The notes under the pieces: model-generated
The model's database searches: none
Seen by the model: only the letters and a program-made list of their open reading frames with translations
Told to the model about the DNA's origin: nothing
Position numbers and translations under genes: made by a program
In this document: positions 55,790 to 64,000 of the stretch, piece by piece
How positions within the stretch are numbered: the stretch's first letter is position 1
Layout of the letters: every line of letters starts with the position of its first letter
Assembly (NCBI GenBank): GCA_021817945.1
Contig: JAKAFL010000005.1
Location: 43,387-107,386 of the forward strand
DNA: 64,000 bases
Source: a bacterium
GTDB lineage: Bacteria > Verrucomicrobiota > Verrucomicrobiia > Limisphaerales > UBA11358
Direction of reading: 5' to 3'

Positions 55790-57664
55790 CTATTCCCATC
55801 GCGGTCTATCCGTCAGGAATAATCCCCCGTCCAGCGATTTTGCAGTGCGCAAGGGAAAATCTCCCAGGTAATCAACCCTGCCCGGCGTTTTATTCCCGTC
55901 CTTCATGGACGCGCTTGGCGCATTTCCAGCCTGCTCCAATGCGTCTTGAATGATAAAGCCCAAAATCAGCCGGTTCCAACCATCGCGATCCGACCGGATG
56001 ACGTCTGTGAAAAATTTATCATCCAACGTCATGGGGGTGAGATAAAGTCCCCTGACCGGCTGAAATTTTCGGTTTACCTCCGCAAAGTCCTCCCCGGAGC
56101 CTTCGGTGAGACCAATGCAGGCATGGCGCCCATACCAGGCCACTGCCCACGGCACATCACTCATCATGAGTTCATCCGGCTTCATCCATTGGCAAACCTG
56201 GGAGATTTCCGGTGGATAATAAGGCGGGTAAACCACTGTGGAGGGAGCAGGGGGCACAAAATCTGCCAGAAAAGGCAGGTTCAAGAAGAGGACCACCACC
56301 GCCATGAAACCCGCTCGCGCCATGGGTGCAGGAAACTGGATGGATTCCAGGAGCGTCATGAAAAAAGCCATGGCGAAAATAATGATGAGGGGCGTGAGGA
56401 GTACGAGCAGGTTTTCGGAATTGAATTCCGGTGAAACAGTTGAAAGCCAGGTGCGGCCCAGCGCCTGGGCCACCATGAAAACGCCCAGGCAAGCCAGGGT
56501 GAAATGGCGGAGCCGCCTGGGCCCCTGATTTTGATATCCCAAAAAGAGCCCGCAAAAAAACAGGACTCCGCACCAGCCGCCCAGATGCGGAACTGAATTT
56601 TGCAACAAATCCAACAGGTTGTGGGCAAGCTTGTGGGTGATCATGGAAACCCAGCCGCCATGAAGAAGAGCACCGGCCATGGCTGGGGCATAGGACTCAT
56701 CGAGGGTTCGGCCATGAAAGAGATCCGTGCCCTCCAGTATGGCAAATGTGGCGTGCCCGAAAGGCATGCCCGTCAGAACCCAGTTGCGAGCCAGCCAGGG
56801 TGATGCGACGAGAAAGAATCCAAGCAGGGAAAACACCGCAAGGTTTTTTCGGGCCACCCCGCCATGGAAAAGGATAAAAAACAACACTGGCAGAATGATC
56901 CATCCGCAGGCGTATTGGGTGAGCAGCCCCATCCCTGCCAAAACACCCGCGACGAACGCCCAGAATTTGGGGTTATGGGAAGAGGCGGATGAGGGTTCCA
57001 CAGCACCTTGCAGCCTGGTCAAGACATGGGCCAGACCCAGGATCTGGACTAATAAAAAAAGCACGGGCAAACCTGAAAGCGTAAACTGCCAGAGCGTGCG
57101 GTTTCCCAACATCACCAGCAAGGCCAGCCATGCTACTGTATTGTCAAACCATATCCTGGCCAGCAGGAATGCCAGCCCAGCCGCAACAAGCAGCAGCAAC
57201 TGGTTGAAAATCGCAATGAAAAATTCAGGCTTGTAACGTTTGAAATGACCGTTGGCCGACCAGAATCGTTTCCCGTTATTGATGGAATAATCCGGCTTGG
57301 TCAGTTTCAGCGCTGCGGCCAGGATGCATGGGTATAACGGGGGTTGGACCAGGTCAGGGTAATAGCCGCCGGGCTGGCTCAACAGGAGACTGCTTGTGGT
57401 GTCGCCCGGTGAATGCCTGTCGGCAAGATATTCTCGAAAGGGGGTGATGGACTGGGTTCTAAAGCCGTGACCCGTGGCCAGGTTGCGGGCCACCTGGGCC
57501 ATTTCCATGGCGTCCGGTGCCGACAAGCCACGGTAGCAGCTCAGGTCAAACCAGACCATCAAGGCCGCCAAAGCAAGACTCCCGGCAAGGCCCCATAAAA
57601 TGCGGCGTCCCCGGTTGCTTTCCAGTGCAAGAATCCAACTGTGAAGACGAATACTGTGAGACAT
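55790..57664 (-). CDS. Polytopic glycosyltransferase, GT39/ArnT/PMT-like
   Basis: 624 aa, more than 10 TM helices. The N-terminal loop DAMEMAQVARNLATGHGF is typical of lipid-linked-sugar-dependent transferases. Confidence 0.65.
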   Translation of the reverse strand: MSHSIRLHSWILALESNRGRRILWGLAGSLALAALMVWFDLSCYRGLSAPDAMEMAQVARNLATGHGFRTQSITPFREYLADRHSPGDTTSSLLLSQPGGYYPDLVQPPLYPCILAAALKLTKPDYSINNGKRFWSANGHFKRYKPEFFIAIFNQLLLLVAAGLAFLLARIWFDNTVAWLALLVMLGNRTLWQFTLSGLPVLFLLVQILGLAHVLTRLQGAVEPSSASSHNPKFWAFVAGVLAGMGLLTQYACGWIILPVLFFILFHGGVARKNLAVFSLLGFFLVASPWLARNWVLTGMPFGHATFAILEGTDLFHGRTLDESYAPAMAGALLHGGWVSMITHKLAHNLLDLLQNSVPHLGGWCGVLFFCGLFLGYQNQGPRRLRHFTLACLGVFMVAQALGRTWLSTVSPEFNSENLLVLLTPLIIIFAMAFFMTLLESIQFPAPMARAGFMAVVVLFLNLPFLADFVPPAPSTVVYPPYYPPEISQVCQWMKPDELMMSDVPWAVAWYGRHACIGLTEGSGEDFAEVNRKFQPVRGLYLTPMTLDDKFFTDVIRSDRDGWNRLILGFIIQDALEQAGNAPSASMKDGNKTPGRVDYLGDFPLRTAKSLDGGLFLTDRPRWE

Positions 57665-57673
57665 GGGTGATAG

Positions 57674-59038
57674 TTAAAAACCTTCGAGATGATAATCGTG
57701 GAGTTTGCGGTGGAACGTCCTGCGGCTCATTCCAATTTTTTGCGCGGCGCGGGTGCGGTTTCCTGATGTTTCTCGCAAGGCGCGAACGATGAGTTGCTTT
57801 TCCGCATCTTTTACCGTCAAATCCCTGCCCGAAGCCGCCATTGGCGTGGGGGCTGGCGTTCCACCCCGAACCGCTGCGGGAAGATCGCGCAGGGAAATGC
57901 GGTCGCCCCGGGCCAAAACCACCGCATGTTCGATTGCCGTGCGCAGCTCCCGTACATTTCCGGGCCAGGGATGATTCATCAATGCCTCAAGCGCATCCGC
58001 TGTAAAATCCTGGATCGCTTTTCCATTTTCGCTGGCAAATTCACGGAGGAAGGCATGGGCCAGCAGCGGAACATCCCCGGTGCGTTCTCGAAGCGGGGGC
58101 ATCTGAATCTCCACCACTCTCAAACGGAAATACAGGTCCTCGCGGAATTTGCCAGCCTTGACCAATTCCAACAAATCCTTGTTAGTGGCGGTGACCAGGC
58201 GCACATCCGCACTGAGTGTCTTGTTGGACCCCACCCGCTCAAAGGAGCGCTCTCCCAGAAAACGAAGAAGCTTTACCTGTATGACTTGGTCAATTTCACC
58301 GATTTCATCGAGAAACAGCGTCCCCCCCTGGGCCAGCTCAAACCGGCCAATCCGCCGCTCATGCGCGCCGGTGAAAGCTCCCCGCTCATGTCCAAACAAT
58401 TCGCTTTCCAGCAGGGAGGCGGAGAGCGCCGCGCAATGAACGGCCACAAATGGCTGACGGGACCGGGGGCTGAGCCGGTGAAGCGCGCGGGCGATTAATT
58501 CCTTTCCAGTTCCGCTTTCCCCTGTCACCAGAACGGTGGCCCGCGTGGGAGCCACCTGCCTCACCACATCGAATATCTCCTTCATTATGGAGGAATCACC
58601 CACAATGTTTTCGAGGCCGAATTTCTCGTCCAATTGCTGGCGCAACACCGTGTTTTCCACTTCCAAATGCTGCCGCTTCAGCGCTCTGGCAATGCGCATC
58701 TCCAGTTCGTCAATCTGCATTCGCCCCTTGGCCATGTAATCGTCCGCACCGCGTTTCATGGCCTCCACCGCGATTTCCTCGGAGCCGTATGCGGTCATCA
58801 GAATGCATACGGGCGGTTTGGAGAGGGATTTGGCCCGTGCGATCAATTTTAACCCGTCCTCGTTCGGCAGGCGAAAATCTGTGAGCATCACGGAAAAATG
58901 CTCGTGTTCCAGAAGGTCCATGGCGGCGTTGGCATCTTCGGCCAGGTAAATGTCATAGTGGTCTTCCAGAGCCGCGCGCAATCCCTCGCGGGTGGGCTTC
59001 TCATCATCCACAATCAATAACATGGGTTTATCCGGCAA
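57674..59038 (-). CDS. Sigma-54-dependent response regulator (NtrC/AtoC family)
   Basis: Receiver domain (LLIVDDEKP...VMLTDFRLPNEDG), GESGTGKE, ERGAFTGA, C-terminal HTH (AAQKIGMSRRTFHRKL). Confidence 0.9.
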   Translation of the reverse strand: MPDKPMLLIVDDEKPTREGLRAALEDHYDIYLAEDANAAMDLLEHEHFSVMLTDFRLPNEDGLKLIARAKSLSKPPVCILMTAYGSEEIAVEAMKRGADDYMAKGRMQIDELEMRIARALKRQHLEVENTVLRQQLDEKFGLENIVGDSSIMKEIFDVVRQVAPTRATVLVTGESGTGKELIARALHRLSPRSRQPFVAVHCAALSASLLESELFGHERGAFTGAHERRIGRFELAQGGTLFLDEIGEIDQVIQVKLLRFLGERSFERVGSNKTLSADVRLVTATNKDLLELVKAGKFREDLYFRLRVVEIQMPPLRERTGDVPLLAHAFLREFASENGKAIQDFTADALEALMNHPWPGNVRELRTAIEHAVVLARGDRISLRDLPAAVRGGTPAPTPMAASGRDLTVKDAEKQLIVRALRETSGNRTRAAQKIGMSRRTFHRKLHDYHLEGF

Positions 59039-59082
59039 GCTCTCCTCCTTTGTGTTTTGTTACCTTGAATGCTTCGCTGCTT

Positions 59083-60357
59083 TCAAGCTTCAGAAACGGC
59101 CTTCTCTTTGCCGGACGAAATCGTCCGGGATTCGTCGGGATCGTTGCTCCGGTTTTCCAGTAACCGGGGTTTCCGGTCTGGCAGCGGCAGCCAGACCCGA
59201 AAAGTTGTGCCGCGCCCCGCATGGCTTTCCAACTCCACCTTTCCGTTGTGGGCGCGTATGATTCGTTGCACAATCATCAGGCCCAGGCCTGAACCTTTCT
59301 TTTTGGTGGTGTAAAATGGCTCAAAAATCCGGTTCACCAACTCCTTGGGAATGCCTCCCCCATTGTCCCCCACGCTGAACCAGATTCCATCACCCGTTTC
59401 GCCGGTTTGCAGCGATAGAACGCCTCCCTTGGTCATTGCTTGCACGGCGTTTTTGACAAGGTTGACCAGCACTTGCTGGATCTGCGTGGCATCCATGGGT
59501 ATGTCGGCCAGGTGCCGGGGCAGGCGTGTCTTCACCTCCACGCCCCGGTTCTCAATTTCCGGCCCCAAAAGCGCCAGTGTTTTTTCCACCACGGCATTGA
59601 TGGAAGCCGGACGCAGTTGGGGCGGCGTGGGCCTGATGGCCCCCAAAAACTGGGTCAAAATGTAATCCAACCGATCAATTTCACCCCGTGCCACCGAAAG
59701 ATACTCCCCAATTTTCTGGGTCGCCCCCGACACCGTGCTTGCAAGCGTCCTCTCCGTCTCCATTTCTCCCGCTTCCTTGAGCTTGCGGATTTGCCGTTCC
59801 ATGAGTTGCAGGTGAATATGAAGGGCGTTGAGGGGATTGCCAATTTCGTGGGCCACGCTGGCCGCCAGCAAGGTCAAGGCCTGCACCCGTTCACTCTCAA
59901 TGGCTTCAAAGGTTTTCTGTCGCGCCTCCGTGGCATCATGCAAAATCAAGGCCACACCAGAACTGCCGCGGGCCTCGTCATCCAGCGGCGCCGCGTATAA
60001 TCGCAAAAATCGTGACCTCGGATAATGCACTTCAAATTCCTGTCGCACCACCCGGGCGCCACCCGATTGATCAGCCTGGGCAATATGCTGCCAATCCAAT
60101 TCCGGAAGCACCTTTTCTATGGGTTGCTCCTCCACGCCCGGTTGCAATCCGAGCAGGCGTGTGACGGCTTGGTTGAAATAAATCACCCGGCCCAGTTCAT
60201 CCACCACCAATACCCCGTCTTCAATGGCATTAAAAAGGGTCTCCAAAAAACTCCGCTCACGGGCGAGCCGCTGAACCACGGTTTGCAATCCTTCCGTGTC
60301 CAGCCGTCCAATGCGGCCCAGAACCTTGTCCAGAAAGCTGGTTTTAATCGCAGGCAT
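59083..60357 (-). CDS. PAS-domain sensor histidine kinase
   Basis: H-box SVAHEIGNPLNAL, N-box LVNLVKNAVQAM, G-boxes VGDNGGGIP and GSGLGL. No TM segment is evident. Start at the internal ATG (MPAIKTSF). The track ORF extends to 60411. Confidence 0.88.
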   Translation of the reverse strand: MPAIKTSFLDKVLGRIGRLDTEGLQTVVQRLARERSFLETLFNAIEDGVLVVDELGRVIYFNQAVTRLLGLQPGVEEQPIEKVLPELDWQHIAQADQSGGARVVRQEFEVHYPRSRFLRLYAAPLDDEARGSSGVALILHDATEARQKTFEAIESERVQALTLLAASVAHEIGNPLNALHIHLQLMERQIRKLKEAGEMETERTLASTVSGATQKIGEYLSVARGEIDRLDYILTQFLGAIRPTPPQLRPASINAVVEKTLALLGPEIENRGVEVKTRLPRHLADIPMDATQIQQVLVNLVKNAVQAMTKGGVLSLQTGETGDGIWFSVGDNGGGIPKELVNRIFEPFYTTKKKGSGLGLMIVQRIIRAHNGKVELESHAGRGTTFRVWLPLPDRKPRLLENRSNDPDESRTISSGKEKAVSEA

Positions 60358-60630
60358 AACCTGATTTCCTCCAAGGATGGTAGCAAAATGGCACACACTG
60401 GCAATTGACAAAGGTTTGAAAACGGATTTGGCAGCCTGACTGGGAGCAATAAGCGGGGTTTTCTTGGGAGAAGAACCTCAAAAATCCTTTTAAACTGTTG
60501 TTTTCCAATTTTCAAAGTTGGCCAGGCACCCACGGCTTGATTGAGCCACGCTCCAAGCTCTTTCGTCCCGGGCCTGATCGAAATGCGTCACTACGGCACC
60601 CTTGGCCATTTTAAAATGACCGAAATTGTC

Positions 60631-61353
60631 TCAATTCCCGGATGTGATGGCCAAGAAAACCTCCTCCAAAGGACCCGTGGCGCCACTCATTACTCGTAGT
60701 TCCTCACGGGTGCCCACTGCAACCAACCGCCCGCCGTGTATGATTCCAATTCGGTCTGCCATTTCTTCTGCAATTCCCAGTTGATGGGTGGAAACAAGGA
60801 CGGTCATCCCCTTCAAAGAACGTTCCTTGAGCATATCCTTCACCACACGGCCATGTTGAGGATCCAATCCTACCATGGGTTCATCAATGATAAATACCTC
60901 GGGTTCATGGAGGAGCGCAGCCACAATGGCCACCCTTTGGCGCGTGCCGTGAGACAATCCCTCGAGGGGACGATCAATGAATGATCCCAAATGAAATCGT
61001 CCGACCAACTCCGCGGCATTGGCCTCGATCCGGGCTGGAGGCAGGTGAAAAAGCTGGCCCACAAATCGAAAAAACTCACGCCCGGTCAATTTGTCATACA
61101 AAAATGGAAAATCGGGCACGTAGGCGAGCCTCCTTCGCGCCTCCATAGGCTGGGTCTGGATATCGTACCCGCATATGCGGGCGGTCCCGGATGTGGGCTT
61201 GACCAAGCCTGTGATCATTTTCATCAAGGTGGTTTTGCCTGCCGCATTCGGGCCCAGAATGGCAAAAAATTCCCCTCGCGGTATCGTCAGAGTCACCTGA
61301 TCCACGGCCTTCAAGTCGCCGTAATGTTTTACAAGTTGATCGAGTTGTATCAT
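60631..61353 (-). CDS. ABC transporter ATP-binding protein (ABC-2/CcmA-like) without an adjacent permease
   Basis: Walker A GPNAAGKTT, signature LSHGTRQR, Walker B FIIDEPMVGLD. Confidence 0.88.
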   Translation of the reverse strand: MIQLDQLVKHYGDLKAVDQVTLTIPRGEFFAILGPNAAGKTTLMKMITGLVKPTSGTARICGYDIQTQPMEARRRLAYVPDFPFLYDKLTGREFFRFVGQLFHLPPARIEANAAELVGRFHLGSFIDRPLEGLSHGTRQRVAIVAALLHEPEVFIIDEPMVGLDPQHGRVVKDMLKERSLKGMTVLVSTHQLGIAEEMADRIGIIHGGRLVAVGTREELRVMSGATGPLEEVFLAITSGN

Positions 61354-62147
61354 GGCCGGTTGAGCTCGTCTATGATCGCGGTGATATTGTCGGGCAACCT
61401 AATGCGGAGGATCTCACCCAAGGTGCTGACATCCACCGATATCTCATGACCCAGCACCGTGGTTTCCAATCTGTAAACCGGCACATACTCATTTCCTATT
61501 TTTAACCGGGTTCTGCGTGCCGTGCATTCCAATTTTTGGTCCGTGGAGAAGCCGGGCATCCCCGTCAAATCCATTCCATCCAGTAAAAAATCCGCCACAT
61601 CCGCGTCAAAGACACGCACCAAAGCTGCGGGGTTTTCGAGGGTTTGGAAGGGAATTTCCCTGTCCAGATCCCCGCCGGGCCCATTGACCCGCACATGAAC
61701 GACCTGGTTTGTGGATCGAGAGTGAATCTCCACCGTGGTTTGACGAGCGGTGATCTTAAGATTGATTTCCTGCCATTTGCGTTGCAAGTTGAAAATAACG
61801 TGCCCATCAAACTTGAGGCGGTTGGTGAAGTCACCCAAGGCAATGTTCCCCGCAAAATGCAATTGGTAACCCGTCCCCAGAACAAATCCTTCCGGGGGCG
61901 GCTTGTTGTCATCCATGGTTGCCATTTGCTGGCCCACGCTTGTGGACAATTCGCAATACCCTGTACGGTCGCTGTTTTGGTAAACACTCAGGGAAGACGA
62001 ATCCGGGGCAGTGAGGATTTTTCTCCAAACCAATTGCAAAGGCACTGGCATATCCCCGCCCTGCGAACCGTATTCCATCTGCCATAGCAGGCCGTTCATG
62101 GTCAACCAAAAGGCGGCCACCAGGAAAATGGAAAAACGCCGGATCAT
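61350..62147 (-). CDS. Signal-anchored beta-rich hypothetical protein
   Basis: 265 aa. N-terminal TM (FSIFLVAAFWLTMNGLLW). No recognised motif. ATGA overlap with the ABC ATPase gene. Confidence 0.6.
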   Translation of the reverse strand: MIRRFSIFLVAAFWLTMNGLLWQMEYGSQGGDMPVPLQLVWRKILTAPDSSSLSVYQNSDRTGYCELSTSVGQQMATMDDNKPPPEGFVLGTGYQLHFAGNIALGDFTNRLKFDGHVIFNLQRKWQEINLKITARQTTVEIHSRSTNQVVHVRVNGPGGDLDREIPFQTLENPAALVRVFDADVADFLLDGMDLTGMPGFSTDQKLECTARRTRLKIGNEYVPVYRLETTVLGHEISVDVSTLGEILRIRLPDNITAIIDELNRP

Positions 62148-62153
62148 GGTTCC

Positions 62154-63077
62154 TTAAGGCGGGAGTATTAAAACCTGTCCCACATGCAGTTTCCGGGGGG
62201 TTACCCTGGGATTGGCATCCTCCAGTGATGTCAAGGAAAGCCCCTCTTTTCGCGCAATTGAGGCCATGGTCTCCCCGAACGCAACCGTGTGAAAATGCCG
62301 TCTGCCATTGGGAACGGTTTGCCTTGCCGTTTTTGATGTAACTGTTTGAATTCCAGATTCTTTCGCTTTTGTTGTCAATTGCTGGCCCGAGGATGAGGGA
62401 GTCACCGGCGCGCCTGCATTGGAAATGTCATCGGGTGAAGGGCTCAGTGTGGCTCCCGCATTTTCCTGGCCGCTTTGAACGGCTGGTTGAACCGGTGCGC
62501 CATTGGCGCCCACCAGGCCGGCCGTTTTCAGGGAAAGATAATAAGCGCTCCATGCTCGCAACTGGCCTGTCAATTGGTCCACTTGAGCCTGCAATTGATG
62601 ATTCTGGATCACCAGACTTTCCATTTGCTTCTGAATGGCAGGAGCATCCGGCAGGCCAATCTCATCCGAGGCAAGCAAAACCTTGCAACTGTGTATGCGG
62701 GCATTGATCACATCCCGGTTTTTTGCGTCCGGCTCCAGTTTCAGGTATTCCTGGTAATGATAAATGGCGGCGGCAGGGTCCGGGTATTTGGTGTCATACA
62801 ATTCTGCCAGACGGAAATGGGCGGCGGCAGAATGCGGGTTGACCTCCAAGGATTCTTGGAAAGCTTCGATTGCGCCTGGCCAATCCATATCGTTGTAACA
62901 ACTGTTTCCAAGAACATAATGAGGCTCCTTTTCCTCATCGCCCTGGTTGGAATCGCCCGCAGAACAACTGGCCGTTGCGGCCAATGCCGCAACAACCATG
63001 ATCATCAATCCCATCCGGGCCCAATATGCCATACCCTGAGGGTAGGCAAAAACCGGAACTGGTGCAATCGTGCGCAT
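62154..63077 (-). CDS. Lipoprotein with TPR repeats, coiled coil and C-terminal LysM domain
   Basis: Lipobox-like AATASC. TPR (WPGAIEAFQESLEVNPHSAAAHFRLAELY...AAIYHYQEYLKLEP). LysM (HTVAFGETMASIARKEGLSLTSLEDANP...LHVGQVLILP). I chose the ATG at 63077, preceded by GGGAAG. The track ORF starts with GTG at 63185. Confidence 0.7.
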   Translation of the reverse strand: MRTIAPVPVFAYPQGMAYWARMGLMIMVVAALAATASCSAGDSNQGDEEKEPHYVLGNSCYNDMDWPGAIEAFQESLEVNPHSAAAHFRLAELYDTKYPDPAAAIYHYQEYLKLEPDAKNRDVINARIHSCKVLLASDEIGLPDAPAIQKQMESLVIQNHQLQAQVDQLTGQLRAWSAYYLSLKTAGLVGANGAPVQPAVQSGQENAGATLSPSPDDISNAGAPVTPSSSGQQLTTKAKESGIQTVTSKTARQTVPNGRRHFHTVAFGETMASIARKEGLSLTSLEDANPRVTPRKLHVGQVLILPP

Positions 63078-63168
63078 GAATCTTCCCAAGCTTTTCAAGA
63101 GCTTTGAGCGAAGACCCCTGAAACCTGGCGGGAACCACCCCAAAAAGCAGGCGCAGGCATCACACCTG

Positions 63169-63184
63169 CGCCAATCTTTTGCCA
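63169..63184 (-). promoter_or_regulatory. Possible sigma-54 type promoter (weak -12)
   Basis: The minus strand reads TGGCAaaagatTGGCg, with GG and GC in the consensus register. It lies about 90-105 nt upstream of the ATG at 63077 and is followed by an 8-bp stem, ggcgcagg/cctgcgcc. Confidence 0.25.
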
Positions 63185-63623
63185 CGAAAACACCGACACG
63201 GCTGCCTAGCTGGGAAGCTGGCTGAAACCTGATGCCTCGTCGCTACCACAAAATAACACACTCCTGTGATTCCTGCACAAGGTATTTTCAGCTAAACCGC
63301 AGGTGGTTTTTCGAGTTGGCAGGTTAGGGCATGGACAGAAAAGATGTGGCGTGGGGCGAAGAGGATTTTTGGTCTTGGGCGGGGCTTTGGCGAAGGCGCA
63401 GGTTTGCCAAATCCTGGAATATTGAGCCGAAACGAAGCCCAAGGCCAAAAAGACCGTCCCCCATTCATATCGCGTCCGGAGCAACATGTTTGATGGAAAT
63501 GGTCTAAAAGACCCATGAGGGAGAGCCAGCATCTTCCAACCCCTTCGTTTGAAGCTTTAAAGATTTTTTAAGCTCCGTTGGGTATAAGCACACCCACGGC
63601 AAACCCAGCGCCTCAGGTTTCCT

Positions 63624-63666
63624 CGCTCCGCTAGCGGAGCGTGGGGAGAGGGTTAGGGAGAGGGGA
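63624..63666. repeat. REP-like perfect palindrome followed by a G-rich tract
   Basis: cgctccgc-ta-gcggagcg (18-nt palindrome), then tggggagagggttagggagagggga. Only one copy in this window. Confidence 0.4.
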
Positions 63667-63912
63667 CCACGATCTTAATTCTGTAAAAACTGCTGCAATT
63701 TTTACTCAGATGCTGTCTGAAATTTGCAAGCGGTGTTTTGTCGAGGAATTTTGGCTTCAGCCAAGGCGGAAAGATTCGGGAGCGCCCCAGGTGTGGAATC
63801 TGTGCAGATGCGAGGATTTACGCATTCGTTGGGAAAACGCCAAACCGGCCCAATTTTTTCAGGCTTGCCTGTTTGTTGATTTGCGATAAATTAACTCCCA
63901 GAGTCTCTGGGC

Positions 63913-63988
63913 GCGAGCGTAGCTCAGTTGGTAGAGCATCACGTTGCCAACGTGAATGTCGAGGGTTCAAATCCCTTCGCTCGCTCCA
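63913..63988 (+). tRNA. tRNA-Gly (anticodon GCC)
   Basis: Hand-folded cloverleaf: acceptor gcgagcg/cgctcgc, D arm gctc-agttggta-gagc, anticodon arm tcacg-ttGCCaa-cgtga, T arm gaggg-ttcaaat-ccctt, encoded CCA. 76 nt. Confidence 0.9.
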
Positions 63989-64000
63989 TTTTTCCCCCCG

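Noticed and set aside
63206-63532. 108-aa ORF in the spacer before tRNA-Gly
   Set aside because: No ribosome-binding site and no recognisable motif. It is Cys/Pro/Arg-rich and overlaps an equally long ORF in another frame. Left unannotated.

Overview
64 kb of densely coded bacterial chromosome. Hand counts of single 60-nt lines give roughly 55% G+C. No rRNA, CRISPR array, transposase or integrase is visible. Gene content points to the PVC superphylum, probably Verrucomicrobiota, on three grounds: a prepilin-type protein with an H-X9-DG C-terminus, two sigma-54 enhancer-binding regulators, and GldG/DUF4340 and DUF2851 genes. This placement is inference only. Housekeeping genes: rplM-rpsI, argC/argJ, efp, infC, glyQS, a DeaD-type helicase, pntAA-pntAB-pntB and tRNA-Gly(GCC). 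Envelope and transport modules: a TetR-controlled RND efflux operon in the order pump-adaptor-NodT; a five-gene ABC / ABC-2 permease / GldG-like / DUF4340 / AsmA-like block; an ExbB-ExbD-TonB-ExbD cluster; a DegT-GT2-small membrane protein trio; and a histidine kinase / sigma-54 regulator / GT39-like glycosyltransferase operon. Items most worth follow-up: (1) the tightly coupled ABC-GldG-DUF4340-AsmA-like block; (2) a 1143-aa soluble protein that I think is a PPi-dependent PEP carboxykinase homologue; (3) a DUF455 ferritin-like domain fused to an ATP-grasp-like domain; (4) an AT-rich islet carrying a PL4 rhamnogalacturonan lyase that is colinear with the fungal enzyme; (5) an orphan phage-tail-collar protein flanked by a Tat-signal partner and a beta-propeller; (6) a sigma-54 type -24/-12 promoter with an upstream inverted repeat in front of the pseudopilin gene; (7) a two-copy palindromic repeat family. 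All functional calls come from reading the translations. No database search was run.
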